A DNA stretch of 64,000 nucleotides from Amphiscolops sp. MND2022 (taxonomy: Eukaryota), in NCBI GenBank assembly GCA_964187785.1, contig OZ076417.1, positions 53,196,001 to 53,260,000 on the forward strand. Direction: 5' to 3'. Made by a program: the position numbers and the translations under genes. Under the pieces are notes generated by a model that worked only from the letters and a program-made list of their open reading frames with translations, did not search any database and was not told the DNA's origin. The first letter of the stretch is position 1. Each line of letters begins with the position of its first letter. Positions 62,170 to 64,000 of this stretch are shown here, in pieces.

Positions 62170-63582
62170 AACTAGCTTGCAGCGGATGCATCCCCAAGGG
62201 TCATATGGAATTCGGCCTTGACTTTCGGCTAATTGTGTAATTTTGATAACAGCCCTAGTTGAGAATGCCGTGAAGTTTTGTAAGCACATGAATAAAATGC
62301 AGGCTAATTTTTGATTTAACTTAGAAAAATCAGGGACCGTGCATAGAAAATTTTGTAAAACTTCCCTGCATCTTGGAAAATCTTGGAAAACTTCCCTGCA
62401 TCTTAGAAAATCTTGGAAAACTTTCCTGCATCTTGCAAAAACTTGGAAAAATGTCCATTAAGCCTTGACAAAAAATCTCCAGCAAAAATCTTGAAAAGGA
62501 TGCAAGTTTTTGATCTCTCAATCTTTTAGTTCTCTCTCAAAGAAATTTAGTTCTCACAAAAAGGTCATCTTCTCGCAACCTAATAAGAGCTGAGAAAAAA
62601 TTGAATTGCAAAAACTTGAGGTTTTGCCCGCAAAAACATGGAAAATTTCGCAGGGAATTTCTCTTGAACTTCCTTGATGTTGCTCTGAAAACCCGCCAAA
62701 TTGTATAGAAATCCTAATAAATACTTGAAGAAATAGCATTGCATCAGGGAAATATTTAGCATTAATGATTCTCTATGAAACTCTAAAAATCATGCTAAAA
62801 GTGCTTGGTAGCCTACAAAATCATATAAAAGTTTCAAGCAGTTTCAACTAGGGAGATGATTCATCAATGTTGATTCCCGAAGGTAAGAGAAAAGGCTTTG
62901 ACATTAACTCGTAGGTTATTGCATCCTTAAACTCCTCAGGGCAATCACCATCTATAAATAGTTCATTAAATTGTTTAGAAGTTTCAGATTCATTACAAAC
63001 GGGGATTGACGATTCCAACTGTGTGTACGAAACGCTAGAATGAAAAGAATCGAAATTTTCTTGTCTGCAAAATAAATTTAGGCTACTCAAACAAGGAGTG
63101 CCGGCATTCTTCACTCCTCTTATTTTCATTAACAAACGTCGCACTCCCGATAATGCAACAGCAGAGACACGGCAATGTTCCTGTTGCAATTCCCATAGTG
63201 AGAATACTAAATATTTTGGATAGTAATCAGAATTGGCAACAAATGCGGCCACTTTGCGTTCTCTGCTGATAATTCTACCATGTTTCAATAAGCCTTCACA
63301 TAGGGTAAAAACTTCCAGTGAACTGACCACTTGCTCCCCGACACAAATTCCAATTACAATTGTATCAATATCATTACGTTCTTTGAAATTTACTGCAATG
63401 GTAACAGGTGGTCGCATAAAATTAGCAGCACGAAACCCTCTACTACGAGAATTTGAATCGTCGCTGATCAAATTGGTAACTTCGAAACCATCCGTGCAAA
63501 CTGAAGAAGACTCGATTGACTCAATTGACGAATTATGGCTGATGTCCCTCTCGATTATTGGGTACCCAGTTGAGTTACTCAT
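62170..63582 (-). pseudogene. UBOX5: UBOX5/RNF37-like U-box E3 ligase gene split by a MITE within the U-box
   Basis: DGFEVTNLISDD...SRGFRAANFMRPPV matches the UBOX5 N-terminus. PEEFKDAITYELM..PFLLPSG..IDESS continues beyond the insert as VIKITQLAESQGRIPYDP. Confidence 0.82.
62253..62853. mobile_element. 601-bp non-autonomous CMC/EnSpm-like element, TIR CCCTAGTTGA, 2-bp TSD AG, with internal ~30-bp tandem repeats
   Basis: 10-bp perfect TIRs; AG at 62251-62252 and 62854-62855; removal restores the UBOX5 frame; repeats at ~62355-62455. Confidence 0.9.
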
Positions 63583-64000
63583 CTTTACTCAGTTGGGCTG
63601 AAGTAAAATTGACACAAACCACGAATCGCGTAGACCAGCAGAAACTAGTGTCTTTCATACGACGACTGTGCCTGGTTCTGAATTTAAAATGTTATGTCAT
63701 ACCACTGAAACCAATAATGAAACCGTTATTCATTGGTCACAGCGAAAAGCGTTAGAATCAAACTAAAAATGCGTTGAATTCAGCGTCGAGAGCAAAAATG
63801 TTAAGATTTACCAGCTCGCAGCTCTCATTACACGTATTTTCCTCTTTCTTCACGGATGACACTTTGGTAGGTTAGCGACACTGTCTAAGCGACGAGTAAT
63901 TACCATTCTATGACTTTCTATTTTGAAGTTTTTGATTGACAATGTCGGACTATTCTGGAAAGCAGAGCAAATTCTACTTCTGCTGGTGCAAACTCTGGAG

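Noticed and set aside
63600-64000. Protein-like reading frames at the right edge
   Set aside because: Interrupted by stops in all frames examined and truncated by the window; no recognisable motif.

Overview
This is AT-rich eukaryotic (metazoan) DNA with short GT-AG introns, and most of it is transposon-derived. The gag/pol sequences recall acoel-type Ty3/gypsy families, but that attribution is from memory and unverified. From left to right: (1) a decayed minus-strand Ty3/gypsy element (~0.5-12.9 kb) carrying broken antisense cargo genes; (2) a LINE remnant; (3) a tandem pair of two-exon sulfotransferase-fold genes, one intact and one frameshifted; (4) a complete 16.4-kb Ty3/gypsy element (22134-38543, GTAAG target-site duplication, LTRs, PBS, PPT, -1 frameshift site); (5) a secreted NlpC/P60-like gene split by a CCC-ended MITE; (6) retroelement debris and long hairpins; (7) a minus-strand CMC/EnSpm (CACTA-type) transposase gene with a Suv4-20-like SET domain ORF directly upstream in the same frame, followed by two BEN-like genes, a minisatellite and an SGNH hydrolase; (8) damaged MRPL17-like and UBOX5-like host-type genes, the latter split by a second CCC-ended MITE. 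The complete gypsy element also carries an extra sense ORF and a six-exon antisense gene of ~1,066 aa that looks like a catalytically dead hAT transposase. The two best candidates for undescribed biology are this intron-containing antisense cargo in two divergent gypsy elements, and the SET-transposase plus BEN/SGNH module. All alignments, splice joins and counts were done by eye; no database search was run.
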